The notes under the pieces were generated by a model that was given only the letters and a program-made list of their open reading frames with translations, was not told where the DNA came from and did not search any database. A DNA stretch of 63,510 bases, filler included, from Asterionella formosa (Eukaryota), in assembly GCA_002256025.1 (NCBI GenBank). It is 29 parts of 29 records of this genome, joined end to end, with 100 filler letters (N's around TTAATTAATTAA, not from the genome) between each part and the next. Parts side by side here need not be neighbours in the genome. Positions count along the whole stretch, not along the records: positions 61,420 to 63,510 come from NKIB01000462.1; 28 more parts are not named here. One strand, written 5' to 3'. How positions within the stretch are numbered: position 1 is the first letter of the stretch; each line of letters begins with the position of its first letter. The translations under genes were made by a program, and so were the position numbers. Positions 62,296-63,510 of this stretch are shown here, piece by piece.

Positions 62296-62824
62296 GCAGG
62301 GTTGTTGTGCTGTTGACTTCTTTGTGGCTTCATCATTGGACTTAGAGTGTCATTCAGGTTGCGCTTTGCTGATTGCAGTTCATGCTCATCCAACCTTCCC
62401 AAAGATTGACCCTGAGTTGACACAACATCGTTGGGATGTACCGTCGCTTTCCCTCTGTTGCTCTTTTTATGGAAACCAGAGAAGATGATAAGGTCCACAA
62501 TAATCTCGCCTTGACATCATGTATACTGAGCGAAGGTCGATGGGTGATCATTCAAGTGCGCAAATGCGCTCTGTATCATCGAATTACAGCGCCGTAGAAC
62601 GCCGACAGCTTTGGTTGAGGCATCAGAGTGCGTTGATTCGAACAAAATAATGTGCATGTGTATGAGTAGCAGCCGTCACGGCAGTGTCAACGAGCCAACT
62701 GATTTCCGTGTAGCAAAAAATATTGGTGGTTTGTATGAAGGCTACGGTATGTAGGCTAGGGTTTCAGGGTTCATAAAAAGAGGGGGACGAAATATCGAAA
62801 TAGGGGGACGAAATATCTTTTTCC
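62290..62824 (-). repeat. Repeat family D, copy 2 (internally deleted)
   Basis: Reverse complement of 29847-30520 lacking ~30318-30447. Confidence 0.85.
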
Positions 62825-62986
62825 TATATATATAAAAGAAATAGAAATGTTATAATATGTGCCGGAGTAGTAAGACACGACCGAGGGTGGAGACTGCCTG
62901 CGAGTATACTTGTGTTCGAGGCAATTCACAAACTAACTGAGCATAGCTATCGGCGGGATTTTCGACACTACATCACCCTTTCTGTG

Positions 62987-63510
62987 AAGGTTGCTGCATT
63001 TGAACCCCTAGGCAAAAATTAAAATATTGCTTAGGGTTGCGAAAATTCCCTGGAATTAAGAATTTAATTAGCTATTTTTGAATGACGTGATTCCATTTGA
63101 AATATTTGAATCAGTGGAAATTTGCGAATACGTACATAGATTCCTTGTCAAAATCGCTAAATATATATATTGACACTCTCAGTCGCTGTATGTATATATA
63201 TGCTAAAAATACGATCAACAAGTATGCATGGACACTCTATACTCCGATTAACGATTTTATATGCTATGCATTGAATCCGTTCGACATATTCAAATCGTTT
63301 AATATACACATATATAAATAAATATATATATTTAGGTTCTACATCGCTTCATGTGCATACACAAGTACTACAATGTATACTCGTATCGACGAATATGGGT
63401 CATGTATACGACCCGGCGGCTCGGCAAATATTTGAAAGTGCACCCAAGGAGCGGTACGCGTACCGGTATGTCCAATGATGATCATCTACTGGTACCCGTC
63501 GTGAATATAG
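62987..63510 (-). repeat. Repeat family B, copy 3, including terminus
   Basis: Matches 29090-29520 and the 16300-16372 terminus. Confidence 0.88.

Overview
This window is not one locus. It is 29 unrelated contigs of about 2.1 kb, in roughly decreasing length order, joined by artificial 100-nt N spacers that contain TTAATTAATTAA. The content is eukaryotic and most likely a diatom (inferred from short GT-AG introns, CoDi-like Copia proteins, a helicase-associated repeat protein and a PGRL1-like fragment). Host genes: 5' part of BMS1 (two introns), an intact HA-repeat protein with a mitochondrial-type presequence, an internal fragment of a large GlmS-like SIS-domain protein with hydrophobic segments, and several pseudogene fragments. 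The rest is mostly mobile DNA: many Ty1/Copia fragments and LTRs, one Gypsy element split across two contigs, Tc1/mariner MITEs and transposase relics, a Harbinger relic, a GCR1_C (Crypton-like) relic and unnamed repeat families. Four observations stand out. (1) A Copia element has a primer-binding site that is a perfect 14-nt complement of its own LTR, suggesting Tf1-like self-priming. (2) Two other Copia families have a perfect 12-bp palindrome in place of a tRNA PBS. (3) Widespread TA-CC(W)GG-TA motifs behave as insertions between repeat copies and match the ends of a CCWG...CWGG MITE found in the window, so they are probably stacked excision footprints. (4) An element made of two convergent tRNA-like Pol III heads flanks a perfect 33-bp inverted repeat. 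All family assignments are by eye; no database search was run.
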